DNA of 62,959 nt, the filler included, from Hausera hauseri (Eukaryota), in assembly GCA_046269625.1 (NCBI GenBank). It is 9 parts of 9 records of this genome, joined end to end, with 100 filler letters (N's around TTAATTAATTAA, not from the genome) between each part and the next. Parts side by side here need not be neighbours in the genome. Positions count along the whole stretch, not along the records: positions 44,407 to 52,426 come from JBJURY010817641.1; positions 52,527 to 56,851 come from JBJURY010634219.1; positions 56,952 to 62,959 come from JBJURY010154088.1; 6 more parts are not named here. One strand, given 5' to 3'. Below, piece after piece: positions 46,623 through 60,171 of this stretch; the first letter of the stretch is position 1; every line of letters starts with the position of its first letter. The position numbers and the translations under genes were made by a program. The notes beneath the pieces are model-generated. The model ran no database searches. It was given only the letters and a program-made list of their open reading frames with translations, and had not been told where the DNA came from.

Positions 46623-48056
46623 TCACGGTTTACAAATATCGACCATACCGACAAAAATTTTAACAAACAATTCCCCATTTTTGCAATAATCGGAATCTGA
46701 TTTCATAAGAAAACTTTGCTGTATGAATTTCGGCGCCCCTGACGCGATATTCATACCTTCCACTGGTTTCCGATAACAACTCGAATTGGCATCCGGTTTG
46801 AATGTTTCAGTTCTGTGTTTCGAGTTGGTACTTTGATCGAGTATGCTTAGTGTAACTTTCTGTCTAAACGGCCAACTGAGCAGGTCATCATATTCCCCTT
46901 TCATAATGGCAAAGTAAACGGATAAATGCGTTCCTTTACCCATTCCATCACCATCTGGATAAACCTTCAAACATATTTTGTAACCATAATCACTCGTATA
47001 AAATGGATCACTGCATATCGATACATTAGCCCCACACTCTGCCTCTGCCTTTTTGTCATAATAATCTGTTATTTTCCAAATGTAAGTCCCATTTCTGAAT
47101 TGAATAATTTGTGGCAGACTAATCACAGTTGGCTTTACGCTTCGCGATATACTGCTATGTACTTTGATTGTATTCTGGAGTTGAATAATTGAATTCGTAG
47201 TCTTTTTATTTTCATCAATAATAATAGATATTTCACGTTTTTCATTTTCTAATTCTTCTTCCATCAATTTTATCGTATTCCTCAACTCAATAATTTTATT
47301 CACTGCTAACAACGAATGATGATATTCGTTGTTATTCATATGATCATTTAATTTTAACCTTGGTAGAATATTTGTGGTACACTTTAATTGATGAAAAGGA
47401 CAAATAATTCCCCTGTTCGAACATGACTTCAAATGTTCTTTTAGTAACACCTTTTCATCAACTTCACATTGGTTTGGACAAAAACAATAATACTTGTCGC
47501 ACAATTCACTTGAATCAAAATTATGATGTTTGCTAGTTAGATCAAAATAAGTCATTGATTGGGAACAAAATGAGCATATTTCTTGGCGACATGGACACTG
47601 CTTTGTGTCATGGTTGGACCTTTCAATCGCTGGAAACGTTTCTTGACATACTTCACATTGAATCTCTCGATATTCACATGATTTAACATGAGTCATCAGA
47701 TTAATGAGCTCATCGGTAAATTGGCATTGTTTAAATGGACATTTCCCTTTCAGATGACTTATCTCTCTGTTTGTAGCGTAATCTTGATGTACATAAAAAT
47801 CAGACTTTTCCATTTCCTTGCAATCATCAGATCTATTAGGACAAGAAATATTGCCATTACTTGTGTAGGTAGTTATACATGAATGGCAATATCTGCAGCC
47901 ACAGCCAATTTGAGTGGTATTGATCAGCATTTTTGAGCAAATAGTACATTTGTGATGATCTTGCAATGGCTCAATTAATTCGATGTTATGATAATGATGT
48001 TCAACAAATAGAAATAGCTGGTCAAAATTCTTGGCTTTTATAGACTGCATAGACCT
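46623..48056 (-). CDS. TRAF: TNF receptor-associated factor (RING, TRAF zinc fingers, coiled coil, MATH)
   Basis: RING CTICSKML..CGCRYCHSC; zinc fingers; IWKITDY, YPDGDGMGKGTHLSVYF, WPFRQKVTLSILDQ, NIASGAPKFI; single large exon with acceptor near 48057. Confidence 0.95.
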   Translation of the reverse strand, partial: RSMQSIKAKNFDQLFLFVEHHYHNIELIEPLQDHHKCTICSKMLINTTQIGCGCRYCHSCITTYTSNGNISCPNRSDDCKEMEKSDFYVHQDYATNREISHLKGKCPFKQCQFTDELINLMTHVKSCEYREIQCEVCQETFPAIERSNHDTKQCPCRQEICSFCSQSMTYFDLTSKHHNFDSSELCDKYYCFCPNQCEVDEKVLLKEHLKSCSNRGIICPFHQLKCTTNILPRLKLNDHMNNNEYHHSLLAVNKIIELRNTIKLMEEELENEKREISIIIDENKKTTNSIIQLQNTIKVHSSISRSVKPTVISLPQIIQFRNGTYIWKITDYYDKKAEAECGANVSICSDPFYTSDYGYKICLKVYPDGDGMGKGTHLSVYFAIMKGEYDDLLSWPFRQKVTLSILDQSTNSKHRTETFKPDANSSCYRKPVEGMNIASGAPKFIQQSFLMKSDSDYCKNGELFVKIFVGMVDICKP

Positions 48057-50161
48057 AAATTGAAATAAAATAAACATAATTTCAATAGTTACAGTTAATT
48101 TCTATGTAATGCATGTCATAAAACTCAAGGAACTAAACAAATATAATTGGGACAAGGAAACAATAATAAGGTGTAATAAAAATATTCAGAAATCAAAAGA
48201 ATAAAACGTTATTGTACATTTTTTGAGCTTGAATTATAAATTAGAATCATACCTCAAACGTCTGAAAAATGTCCAACTAGCTCGATATTTTAATGCTACT
48301 TTTAATGCAAAATATTGAATTGTCGTGTTTCATCTACTATAAATAGTAAAAAACTGACATTTCTATTTTTGGATCAAATTCTTGGTTTTCCAAAATATTC
48401 TGTCAATCTAAATAAAATTGCGAATATGTTCAGCTATTATTAAAATAAAATTGCAGCTAATATAACTATGCCATTCTAAGAATATAAAACTCCGAAATAT
48501 TAAGTGATACAATAGCATACGGAATTTGAATTTTTGAATCAATTTTGATTATTTGAAAATCAATTTTCCCACGTTTGTATGTAACAAGTATTTCAGATAA
48601 ATTGCAACATAATCATCATCAAATGATAATCAATGAGATGACTAATCAAACAGTAATTATTATATTTTAAAGTATACGTTCGTTAAAAAAAGTAATCTAA
48701 AATTGGTATAACAATAATTTCTTACCTTTGAAAAATGTTACCATTTTTTCCAAACATATTAGAATATCAAGATTAAATTTGATAAATTTGAAGTAATAGC
48801 GACTAATTTTCACATACGATCATCTTCAGTTGAATAGCCAATGCATACGATTTTATGTATATTCATAGCCTGATAAATTGCCGTACAACTTATGCTATAG
48901 AATCAAGACGCATATCAATTTCGTACAATTATAATAAATTTGAAATATATTGACTTTATCTGTATCTTCATTAAATTGTATAAATTAAGCTTAATTTCAT
49001 AAAAACCAAAGATAATAAATTATTACGATTAATGATTAACGAGTTAATAATATTACAAAAATGTATGACTTTTAAAGAAATTTCAGTTTTGGTGAACAAC
49101 TTTTCGTAACACATTAATTATTAGAAATTGACAACATAAGCCTACTCAAACGTGTAGCTAAACTTACAAATGTTTCTGAATAACGGATAAACATTGTACT
49201 TTAGTATCAGAAAGTACCATTTCATTCCAAACTGTATACATAGAAACAGAATAAATGGAAAATTCAAAGTTTTTTAAGTAACATGACGATATTTCTATTT
49301 TTAGATTTTCTTTGGTTTTCCAAAATGCGACTGTTACAATTGATGGGGTTGTTATATCTTAATTCGGTGTCCTTCTATTGATTAATTTCAAGTTATTAAA
49401 TTATATCAGAGACTGTCCCACCAACGCAAGAATACCCCAATGAAAGCCTAGTTGCCTTTAAGAGGTACGGCCTTCTCGATGTTTCACACTTCTACTTATA
49501 AATAGTTGGTTTTCAAGTTAATAACGATCAAGTCTCCTTTGAAGTACAATTAACTAGTGCTACCTTTAATTCAAATTTTTAATTGCAACAGTTTCCGCTG
49601 TATTTTATTTGTACAAACAACAGAGGAGTCGCGGCCGATCACTGAGCGGTCCGAGGCTTTCCTCTGCCCATGCAAACTGTTTTATCATTCATTTTATGCA
49701 AAATTTTTAAGTCGACAAGCAAAGGAGTCTTTAAACACGTAAAACAAGCAAAAGAGAAAAAAATTGACAATTAAAGTAAACCAAACAAATAAAGCGATAA
49801 AAATATACCCACTTTGTCGAAATTCTACTTTACGTAACAATCAGACGAGAGGATGACACGGTCGGGTTTCACAATGATCACTTCGAAAACGAATTTTATT
49901 TATTCAAGAAATTCACTGTCACAACTTTTACAACTTGTTTTTATATACATCTATAACATAATAGAGAGAGCAAAAAAACTAATTAATTTCACACATGCAT
50001 AATTATCTAGTTCTCTAAACAATAAGATTATTGTTTATTACATCGATTGCAAGAAGCAATCTTCAAGCAGCTGTTTTATTGTATCGGTCGTTCTCAACAC
50101 AAGGGGGGGAGGCAAGTTAATGCCTTCCACTGGCATCAAAAGTAGTAGTTAATAAATACAA

Positions 50162-50995
50162 TCAGGGTGAATCTAGAATGATTGAATTCGTCCATGCTGA
50201 AAAATCACCCGTGGTTGAAGAACGACTCGACTGGGGTGCTTTCAACGCTCTTTGGTGAAAGGAGTTGAGGGGCAGTGAATCCATGGCAGGGTCATCGGCA
50301 TCCTTCGGCACATGTGGGGATGGTAGGGAAATATCGAGAGGTGGATTCTCAAGAAAAGAAAAGCAAGACCAAGAACATGGTGGAATCGAGGAAAGAGGGG
50401 TATATGGTAATTTCCATATAAAGTTGGGTAATAGGTGTGGACGGCACGGTGACAGAAGCGAGTTAGAACGACGTCGCTCTTTGTAGATATCGTGGGCAAT
50501 AAACAGCATATATTCGGCATCCATCTTACCAGAAATAAAATATTCGGACAATTTAGAAATAAAGGTAAATGGGAGGAAACCGTTTCTACTGAAGTTTAAA
50601 TCTATACAACCAAGAACAATTGTGGGAGGTAAATGCCACAAGGCAAGAAAAAATTGTGGATTAAACGTAACTAAGATTTTGCCATATATAGCTCTTCGAA
50701 TATGAGCTCTGCACAGAAAAATATTTGGGGAAAATTCGATATCATCTAATGATATCCCATGGTAGTGCTTGTCAATATTATCAATCTTTTCTCTTGGACA
50801 TACGTAAGATTTATAGCGTGGTGTTAAATTTTTATCGGGATCAACGGATAAGTCAGCAAGAGAAATCTGAATAAGTAAAGGAAGGGTGCCTGAAAAAGCA
50901 ACGGCATAACCAATAAAAAGGATGTCCTGGAGTGAATATGAATGGGGAATTTTAACACAGGAGTGTAAAATGGGTTTGGGGGTTGAGGTATCCAA
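50162..50995 (-). CDS. Hypothetical protein (277 aa); may be a frameshifted continuation of 50824-51783
   Basis: Overlaps the upstream ORF by 172 nt in another frame; TTG start only. Confidence 0.4.
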   Translation of the reverse strand: MDTSTPKPILHSCVKIPHSYSLQDILFIGYAVAFSGTLPLLIQISLADLSVDPDKNLTPRYKSYVCPREKIDNIDKHYHGISLDDIEFSPNIFLCRAHIRRAIYGKILVTFNPQFFLALWHLPPTIVLGCIDLNFSRNGFLPFTFISKLSEYFISGKMDAEYMLFIAHDIYKERRRSNSLLSPCRPHLLPNFIWKLPYTPLSSIPPCSWSCFSFLENPPLDISLPSPHVPKDADDPAMDSLPLNSFHQRALKAPQSSRSSTTGDFSAWTNSIILDSP

Positions 50996-51783
50996 TCCAA
51001 TTCATTAAATGAAAGCCCTCCGTTAGGGGAATTATCTATATAGTGATACCAAGCCGGAATATCTGCATACTCCAGTTCAAGGTAAAGAAGGGAAGTCTCT
51101 CTGAATGCGATGGTGCACGATGTTGAAGACCAAATATCGGAAGTGAACACAATAGATCTGAAGGAGGACAAATAAACTTTGAATAAAGGTAGAGGCGGTT
51201 TATATATTTCTACTATAACTGAACCTAGGGCAACAGTCAATAAAATATCTTGAGGGTGTAGTGGAAAACCGGCGATAGCAAACTGTTGTTCTATAAAATC
51301 GCGTAAGGGATAAGGTCCATAATTATGGGACCAATAAGAAATTAGGATGCACCGATCGCGTAAACTATTTCCTTTATATTTATTAGGAATTGTGAATACT
51401 GATGGATATCGGGTAATAGGTTTATGAACTGAAGCGTCTATACGCATAGAACGATATGTAGAACGAGAGCGAAGGACCTCGGTAATAAATGGAATAACGT
51501 TTTTATTGGGTAGGTATAGGGGTATGCGGGGCATTTGCTGTAAGTTAGCAAATTGGAGGCTTTGTCCAATATTACGGATTAGTGGAGACTGATCTAGGAC
51601 ATGAGATATACCTGAACACGAAGGCCCAGGTGACAGAATTAAAGGTTGTTGAACATCTCCCACAGTGCGGTCGACAGACGTCGATTCTGATTCAATACTG
51701 ATACCGGAATTCAGCCAATCAATTTGATGGTTGGTGTTAATTTTTGTTGGAAATTGACTAGCTTCTTCAACGGTGTTTGACAT
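50824..51783 (-). CDS. Hypothetical protein (319 aa)
   Basis: Long intronless ATG ORF in AT-rich context; no motif recognised. Confidence 0.45.
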   Translation of the reverse strand: MSNTVEEASQFPTKINTNHQIDWLNSGISIESESTSVDRTVGDVQQPLILSPGPSCSGISHVLDQSPLIRNIGQSLQFANLQQMPRIPLYLPNKNVIPFITEVLRSRSTYRSMRIDASVHKPITRYPSVFTIPNKYKGNSLRDRCILISYWSHNYGPYPLRDFIEQQFAIAGFPLHPQDILLTVALGSVIVEIYKPPLPLFKVYLSSFRSIVFTSDIWSSTSCTIAFRETSLLYLELEYADIPAWYHYIDNSPNGGLSFNELDWIPQPPNPFYTPVLKFPIHIHSRTSFLLVMPLLFQAPFLYLFRFLLLTYPLIPIKI

Positions 51784-52526
51784 TAGAACTGACTGGTTGG
51801 CGTATTGGTTTACTAAAATATAAATGTGGGTATGAGAAACATATGACCAAGCCTGAAGGTAATAGGCCGTGGCAAACTTTAACTGTCATAAAATCGAAGA
51901 GTACATATTATCATATTGCCTATTTACAATTTCGTCAGTTACGAAGTAATTTAAATTAAAATTAATGTCGTATTGTGGAACATTCTCATACTCATTAAGA
52001 TAGTCAGCATAAAACGCTTCGTTAGACCTTTTAAAGTATATGGCTAAGAAAAAACTATGCCTGAAAGGATGATGACGACAACCCATATGTAAAAGAGGGG
52101 CAATGAGTTTTGTTTAAATTTTACAAATGCACTAGTTGTTGAGGCCGGTATACTTGAAAAAAAAAATAAAAAGCAAATTTTTGCTTTCAATTTGAAAAAT
52201 TTGTTTCAAATAATATGGGTTTTTCCAGCGGTTTGGAAATTACAAAGCGTGTTGTATTGCGTCCACGCGCCGTCAACTCAAACAAGGATTGATTTGGTGT
52301 AAAGTTAACTGTTGTAGTTAGGAGGTCCATTTTCGTAGAAACAATTCGTGAGTCTAACATAGCAACTCTTGGTTTTATGTGTGGGGATGACTTAGATGAG
52401 AATAAATGCTTTAAATTTAGCGTAGTNNNNNNNNNNNNNNNNNNNNNNNNNNNNNNNNNNNNNNNNNNNNTTAATTAATTAANNNNNNNNNNNNNNNNNN
52501 NNNNNNNNNNNNNNNNNNNNNNNNNN

Positions 52527-53480
52527 TCGCGACAAGTTGTGTACCGTTTTGTGATTTTGTATTATCGGTTGTATTTTTGATGACACGATGTTGTCTGCAG
52601 TCGGCAAGTAAATTGTGATGTGATACAAAATCAGAACCTAACAGGGGAGTTTTGATGTCAGCGACTATGAATTTCCATGGGAAAACTTCATAGAAAGTTC
52701 TGCAGTACCAGAAATGCGTAAAGCTTGCCCACTGGCAGTGAAAAGTCTGGCGTCAATCAGAAATTTGATGTGGTGCGGGAAAGATGTCAGTGCAGCGTTG
52801 GTACGGCGATTAAGTGATGAAAATGGCCTTTGCCAGAGGTTGCCATAGTTTCTGGCGGCTTTGTTCGTTTTTTGAATAGATGAAGATGTTGGAGTTGTCT
52901 GCGTGTGAAACTTGCACCGAGGTAAGCAGCGTTCTGCATTGCCTTTAAACTTGCTGTGACAGCACAGCACACCATTTGTCTCGAATGTGACTGGCCGTGC
53001 CTGAAATTTGCAGACGACTGCCTGCTTCGATCCGCGCTAATCTGATCGCGACGCGGTGGAGACGAAGCATCAATTTTGCTAGAGATGACCGGTATGGATT
53101 GATGTAGGGCCGCATTATCGGCTTGCAGAATTTGAATTTGATGAACTGTATTGTTCTCGTTGTTTGATTGGTTTGCTGATTGCTGATGTGCAACTGTTGC
53201 GCACGTCATTGCGCTGCTTGTACAGCTGAAATCGTTTTCTTTGTATGAAATTGTTATGGAAAATTTCGTAGCTTCTGTCCGCCAGTTGCGCCTGTTTGTC
53301 GAGCGACGTGCCATATTCAACTGCAGTGAGGAGTGCACGTATTTGCATTGGCAAAGCTGACAGGAAATAACGTCGAAGATCGGCAGGAATTCGGTGGGTT
53401 TTTAAAATCCAGGAGCGTTCTCATTGAAATAATTTTGAATTGCAGAGTCAACGAAAACTGAGTTGCTTTAGTCACACCGT
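52527..53480 (-). mobile_element. Decayed Gypsy gag-protease remnant
   Basis: LDKQAQLADR, knuckle CCHSKFKGNAERCLPRCKF, KFLID, LFTASGQAL, FIVADIKTPLLGSDFVSHHNLLAD across frameshifts. Confidence 0.75.
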
Positions 53481-56338
53481 CCAATGGAGATTTTTCCCGA
53501 TCAGAATACTTGAAAATGTCAGATGGATTAGTGATGAAGCAGCCAATGAAGGCGGATGTGGCGTATGGAATAGTGGTTCATACATGGAATTTGGCACGGC
53601 GGGAGAATGATTTGCTGACATGTAAACGATACGAGAGCAGAGTGGAGCAGAAGGTAAATTTGGTTGTTGACGGAATGAATGCGGCACAAATTTCTGTTTG
53701 GGTCAAATCTGATGATGAAATCGATGGCAAATTGGCCTTTGGGTTTTCATTCAAATTTGATGGGATGCCGTTGAAATTTGACGGATTATTGAACAGGAAG
53801 GCAATACGCGATAGTGAAATTGATTTCATTGCAACGATACAATGCGAGATATTCGGCATGATATTATTGACGAATAGTGCAATATTTCAATGGATGACAT
53901 CAGGACGATAACGTTATTCCTTTCTTGTCAAATGGAGCAAGCAAATAATTTGCCAAATCCAATAATCGATTTTCAATTGATTTTTGAATCAGTCCAAATC
54001 GGCTTTTCGTTTTTCTGTCAATAATAATGAATCAAATTGTTTCAAATGAGGTTTTTCTCGAATGTCAGCGAATTGGTTCCGTTGAGGAGGCCAATGAAAT
54101 GCAAAGGAATAGCAGATGGAACAATTTGTAATTGATTATGGGTCAATTGTACACAGGGAAATGTGGCACCGTCCTGCATCAGTTGGATCCGATTTCAAAT
54201 GAATCAAATTGCACAATGAATTGAATGAGTGACGAATAATCATTGATTCCGCATTTCTCTTATTCCAGTCTAATTTGATATTGCGGTAATCGGGGGGGGG
54301 GTATGCCGTACGGAACCAATTCACCCCATTCAGTTGGCCGGTGGAGAAAGCCATTTCAGATGAAAGGATCAAAATTGAAATTGCGCGGAAGCAAGAAAAA
54401 ATGTCTGCATCAGTGCAAATGCAAATTGGAATTACCGAATTGATGCGCGTTACGCATAAAATTGATTTTATGAAAATGGATCAAATAGCGGCATTTACGA
54501 TTAGAATAGAAACGGAATGCGCATTGATTTGCGGACTGGTGCAGGATGAGATTGATGCAGCCTCATTGAATGCTGGCCATGAAATTGAATTCAGTCACAC
54601 GAACCAAATCAGGAATTCATGCTGCAATTATGCGATTCGCCCCCCATTCAACAAATTGCGGCATTGCATGCCACTGACTGTATCGAATGCCGGTTAGGCA
54701 ACATTTGCAATGAAAAAAAGGATCCATGAGGACAAGCTGGCAATTGGAAAATTGACGAAAATCAGACCCAATGCAGAGAAAATCAATGCGCTGCAAGCAC
54801 AGCAAACAAGGATGGGGGGAATAAACCAATTCAAATGTCAAATTGCAATTCAATCAGAAATTGCAATGAAACAGAGAAATCGTGAGGATGGAAAGAAAAC
54901 AGAAGTCGAAAGTAAAAATAAATCAGCAGCAGAGAAAGATTCCCATACGACAGAAAAGCCGAACACAAAAAAGAAAATTCACAGAAAAAATTAAATCGCA
55001 ACCACCAAAAACCAAAAAACATGAAAGGAAACAAAATTCCATAAATGCAAAAATTTAACAAAACCCCAACAAAATCAAATGACATTCAAATTCATAAAAC
55101 TTACTTATTTGCCAATTGAACAAAACCATTCGGCACATTTCACAAATCAATCCGCAATCATTGGCCAACATGCCGACATTCATTCGATAAAATTTCTATG
55201 ATAAATTAACAAACTGCAATTTACAAATTTTACCTGGTGAATGTCAAACATTTCATTGACTGAAAATTCGGCACAAATTTCCCCAATGTCATTTCATTTT
55301 CATCAGCTAAATCAACAACATTAATTCCCATTATAAAATATATCCATCATATTGCAATATAAACATTTCCTTGCCCATTCCATTTATCAACATAACTGCC
55401 GTGCAATTCGTAACGTTTATCAAATTATTCTATTCAATCTGCTATCGGCATTCGGCACAAATTCAAAATGCCCATCTCTACTCATCAACTGCAATATCCG
55501 CCAATAACGACGCTACATTCGTTCGCTTCATCAATTTACAAACATTCTCAATCAAGTTAACATTTAAACTGTTACCAGGCCAGTCCAAAGCTCAACCTCA
55601 CGATGACCAAAGAATTTCTTCAACACATTAGAACAATGACAAGGTGGCTTGTTCAAATTTCGTGCAGGCATCCTTCATTCACACTCAGTTGCCTTGCAGA
55701 CGTACAATTTCATGCTACAAATTAACGCCATTCTAACAAAAATTCGACACAAAAAGTATCATAAGAAAACAAAAGCCTATAGCACATTTATAGCTAATTT
55801 TAAACTCCATACGCAAAATAATATTTGCCAAGTATTCTGCATGGCTACACATTCGTTCGTAAATGTAATTGTTGCGCAATCTAGTGTAACCGCTTTATTC
55901 ATCGAAAATTGAATTCCATTGGGAATTTTGAACAATTTTAAATTCTGCAACGTCACCAGTCAGAAAATTTGCAATCAAAAAATACGGATTTAATTATAAA
56001 TTAAAACCGATTAACACAAATTAAAAATCCGCCAAAATGTTACATCAACCGACTAACAACGGCAACATGTACAACATTCATGCAGAATCAGACAGTTTAT
56101 GCACACACAAAATCTTCTGTTGTAGTTGCGCGAAAATTTAGCCAATTTGTTTTTGCGTTTATTAATTAATTATTTGCTATAAAAATTTCATTATTATTTC
56201 AATAAATTCACAAAATAATTACCAAAATTTTATCCGTTTATTTGTATTGAAATAAACTCACACCGCATGGCATCACAACTATATTACAACAAAATTCCAC
56301 AAATCCAATAGAAATATTTCTAGCAGTCCCACAGGTCA

Positions 56339-56851
56339 TCAAAGGACCTTTCTATGTGAACTTCCGCCACTCATTGCAGCTGACCACAGCCGAATTAATC
56401 GCAAACCAAAATACAGCGAAAAACCGTGAATCTGAACACAGCAACAGAAGAAAATGTACCAAATAACAACAAGTGGCAATCCCAAAAGTGTAACCGACGT
56501 CGTTCGAGTCTGCAGAAAATCGTACAAATCCATCGCTTTAATACAGACAGCGACAGAAATCGGCAAAAGGCCGAATAGTAACGTCCCAATCATTGCAGTT
56601 CGCATGAGAAATAGTCTGTTGCGATTTAGTGACAAATAACCAAGAACTGATGGAGTGAGACTGCCCAAGAACCAACAAAATTCCCATGTGTCTGGTGGTG
56701 GCAACAATGTCTGGAATTATTGGATATTCACAACAGACAATCCACAAATTTGCATTGAACAACTCACCGAATCCAACAAGCCAATTCTCACGTCCAATTT
56801 ACGAAAGACATCTGGCAAAAATTTCATAAACATTACCAACCAAACGGCAAT
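56339..56851 (-). CDS. JAGN1: Jagunal homolog (ER membrane protein), 3' exons
   Basis: WEFCWF..PSVLGYLSLNRN..FGLLP..LVVIWYIFF..VQIHGFSLYF..LW; intron at about 56790-56711. Confidence 0.8.
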
Positions 56852-58190
56852 NNNNNNNNNNNNNNNNNNNNNNNNNNNNNNNNNNNNNNNNNNNNTTAAT
56901 TAATTAANNNNNNNNNNNNNNNNNNNNNNNNNNNNNNNNNNNNNNNNNNNNTTCACATCATTACGTATTTTTTAAAAATTCATATGCATTTTAAATTTTT
57001 GGTGAATTTAATATTATATTTGTTATTTGTTATTCGTGAGTCTGTTTCGTTCTTAGTTTACCCCGAAGTTACTAAGTAAATAAATAATCGCAAAAATAAT
57101 CTGGACGCGTCGCCGACCAGGTCGAACCTACCTGACGGCAGGCAGTTTAATTGTCAGTAAACCAATAGAATAGCATACAGTAGTAAATAACAATAAATAA
57201 TCTCACTTTACGACACATTAAGGTCCCCTCACACCGTGTCTTCACTGCATACTGTACTTGAGCCTAAGTAAAAGGGATAAATTTGTTCTCCCCATTAATT
57301 TCAACACGTTAAATAAGTCTCTCCCAAACCGGAATTAGTGAGGATTGAACATTGGTGTAACGTCATTATTTGATACTAATATTGATAATGTTATAGTTTG
57401 TGTGAGCTCTACATAACTCCATATTATAACAGCAGATTACACTTGAAATTGAAGTTTAACTTATGCAAGTTCGGTTTAACGTTCTCGTTAAACGAATGTG
57501 TCTCTTTTAGAATGCTTGCAGATGCTTGCAAATCCTATGCAAAGTTAACAATTTTTCCTATTAACTATATAAGTTTCACATTATGTTATAACTTATGGTT
57601 TGTCTAACCACCCTTAAGGAGCAGTGCGAAACTATCGAACAAGATCTTTAAAAGAAACAAATATATTCAACCAAAAGAAATAATACCGAAGGGAATGATT
57701 ACACAGCCGCGAATCAATACCTGTCTTCAATATGTATACGTCTGGCGATGCTTCTCGGAAATCGTCGTACTGTCTGATCAACAAGTAATTCTATGATAGC
57801 CTCTCAGCGGCTTAACGAGTTCTCAACAATTTAATAGTTTACTAGTTCATTCCTCTTCGTTTTGGTTCGGTATTTATACTACTCACTTCGAATGCATTAT
57901 CTCCATATTTTTTAATTTTAATCCATTATTTGCAAGTTAGAACCAATTATCCAGACATCAAATAAATAAACCGATTATATTCAATATTAACTGAATAACA
58001 TTATTTAAAAGTGTCGTATGCCAGTTAATAATTAACAATGATTAAATATTGTGCAAACAAAATCACTAAATAAATGAAGTGATTGTAACAGTAGACGTTA
58101 AATGAAAATTAAATTACGAAGTAAATAAAAGGAAATTACCTTCAATTTGATTTGAAATTCTTTGCATGACTTACAATTACTGAAATGGTG

Positions 58191-58368
58191 TTTTTATTTT
58201 CTTTCAATTTGTGATAATGGATTTTTATTTATTATGCAAATCTTTTCTAATAATCGTTGACTATAAATACTGATATGATCTGTACCATTTTCAATGTTTT
58301 ATAATCTCGACACTCGCTACGATATGAACGTTGTCTATGATAATTGTGAGTAATTTTGTATTTATTAT
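58191..58368 (+). repeat. 178-bp apparently identical direct repeat; second copy at 62782-62959
   Basis: No differences seen by eye; weaker homology continues upstream of both copies. Confidence 0.92.
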
Positions 58369-59058
58369 TACTTTCATTTTTGTTACATATTTTGATTGTA
58401 AAAAGACAATTTTGATTAAATATCCTTATTTGATTCTTTTTCTTTATTGTATTGATTAGAATTCGTTAGTAAGTGTATTGTATAGTAATAGGTATAAATA
58501 ATATAAATTCAGGGTCCCGTTATTTTTGGTATACCTTCCGTTAAAAAGGTCGATTGTCAAAATCCTATAATTAAGGGTGAGCTACGTCAGTGTACCTCCT
58601 GACGAACCTCGCACACTAAGGTCAAATAATAATAAATAGACTTCAGCGGACCCACAGGCCGCTGATTACCTCAATAAAATAAGTAGAGCTTCAGACAAGG
58701 AGAGGACTCAAGCTTTTAGATAAAGAGTATAAGTTTAAGGTCGAAAGTCCAAAAAATCTTAACCTTTAAACTTATCATATATATACAGGCTGTCCCAGAA
58801 GTTACTGTTACTTCTTTTAAAATAGCTTTCTAACAAGTATTGATTGTCATGTATAACATGGCAACATTTTAAATTTGTTTAAATAAATAAAGGTTTTTCT
58901 GCCTCAACTTTTTAAAAGTTTTTCTTCTTCGATGACTTCGAATTTTTCAATCGGATCACTTTTTATTCCAGATGTGTGCACAAAGGCAGAGCCAACAAAC
59001 GAAAATAATCACAATGGTATCAGAAATGGGATTCACACAAACCAAAATTATTACATAT

Positions 59059-60145
59059 ACAGGGTGGGGCAAAATATTATGAACTTATTTTACGTAAATA
59101 GTTTATTTGTTTATATGTATAAAGTAATATCAATTATTTTTTTCCTGCCATTAGACTTGTAGCTCTTTATCTTATGGGAAAAAGGAGTGATCTAAGCAAA
59201 GATATTCTTGAGTGGATTATTATGCACTATAAGGATGGAAAATCCTACCGAGAAATTTATAGATATTTGCATGACTAACAGTCAAGATAAGTGTCACTTT
59301 CGTGTGATATATTAATGTCTTCTAATATATTTAACATATATTTTGTAGAAATTCACTACCGTTGGGTCTGTGGAGAGTAGAAGAGGAAACAGTGGCAGGA
59401 AATCGTAGATTTCAAAACGAGGAGCAAGATTTCTGAAGCTGACTGTCCACAAAAACCCATCTATAACATCCTCTCAGCTGCAAGCAGAACTTCAGCTGTC
59501 TGGAAATACCTCAGTGAGTACTAGAACTATTCGCAGGCACCTTTTATAACATTTTTCCAGAGACAGCGAAGATTACATTGGGCTAAAGAGTTTCTGCAAA
59601 AGCCTGCTTTCTGGAAAACAGTTTTATTTTCAGATAAAACATCCCTTCCCCTGTTTGGAGGTTATGGGATTGAAAGAGTTTTCAGAGGTCCCCATGAGGA
59701 AAATTACCACAGCATGTGCGCCCAACCGTTAAGCACAGCCAAGGGATAATGCTATGGGGATGCTTCAGTTTCAAAGGTACAGGAGAAATTAAGATTCTCA
59801 AGCAAGCAGAATCCATGAATTCTGATTGGTATTGCTCAGTATTGAAGAGGTAAAAAACTCCTTAATGAAACATTTTTGACATGCTGCAAGAGGTAAATTC
59901 CAAGATGATGGTGCCTCTTGCGACAGATCCAAAATGACAAACTTTTGCTGTTAAGAGCTCGGTATTACTCGAATGCCATGGCCTGGACAATCACCTGACT
60001 GTAACCCTACTGAAAATCTATGGGCCTATCTTAAGAAAAAAGTATGAGCAAAAATCTCCGGACAATTGAGTTCAGTCCAATCTGTATCTCGGCAAAACTG
60101 CCTCAAAACTGTTGTACGTTCCCATGGCTTCCCAACTTACTACTG
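59059..60145 (+). mobile_element. Decayed Tc1-family transposon
   Basis: TA+CAGGGTGGGGCAAAA end; MGKRSDLS, RTIRRHL, MLWGCFS..GTG, FQDDGASC, WPGQSPDCNPTENLW; many stops and frameshifts. Confidence 0.85.
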
Positions 60146-60171
60146 ACTTAACTCACGTACTTGTCTTCTCC

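Noticed and set aside
53480-55950. Cluster of short ORFs in both directions
   Set aside because: Low-complexity AAT/CAA-rich sequence without domain motifs
58595-58750. Possible hammerhead (CTGACGA...GAAA)
   Set aside because: Stems do not abut the core correctly
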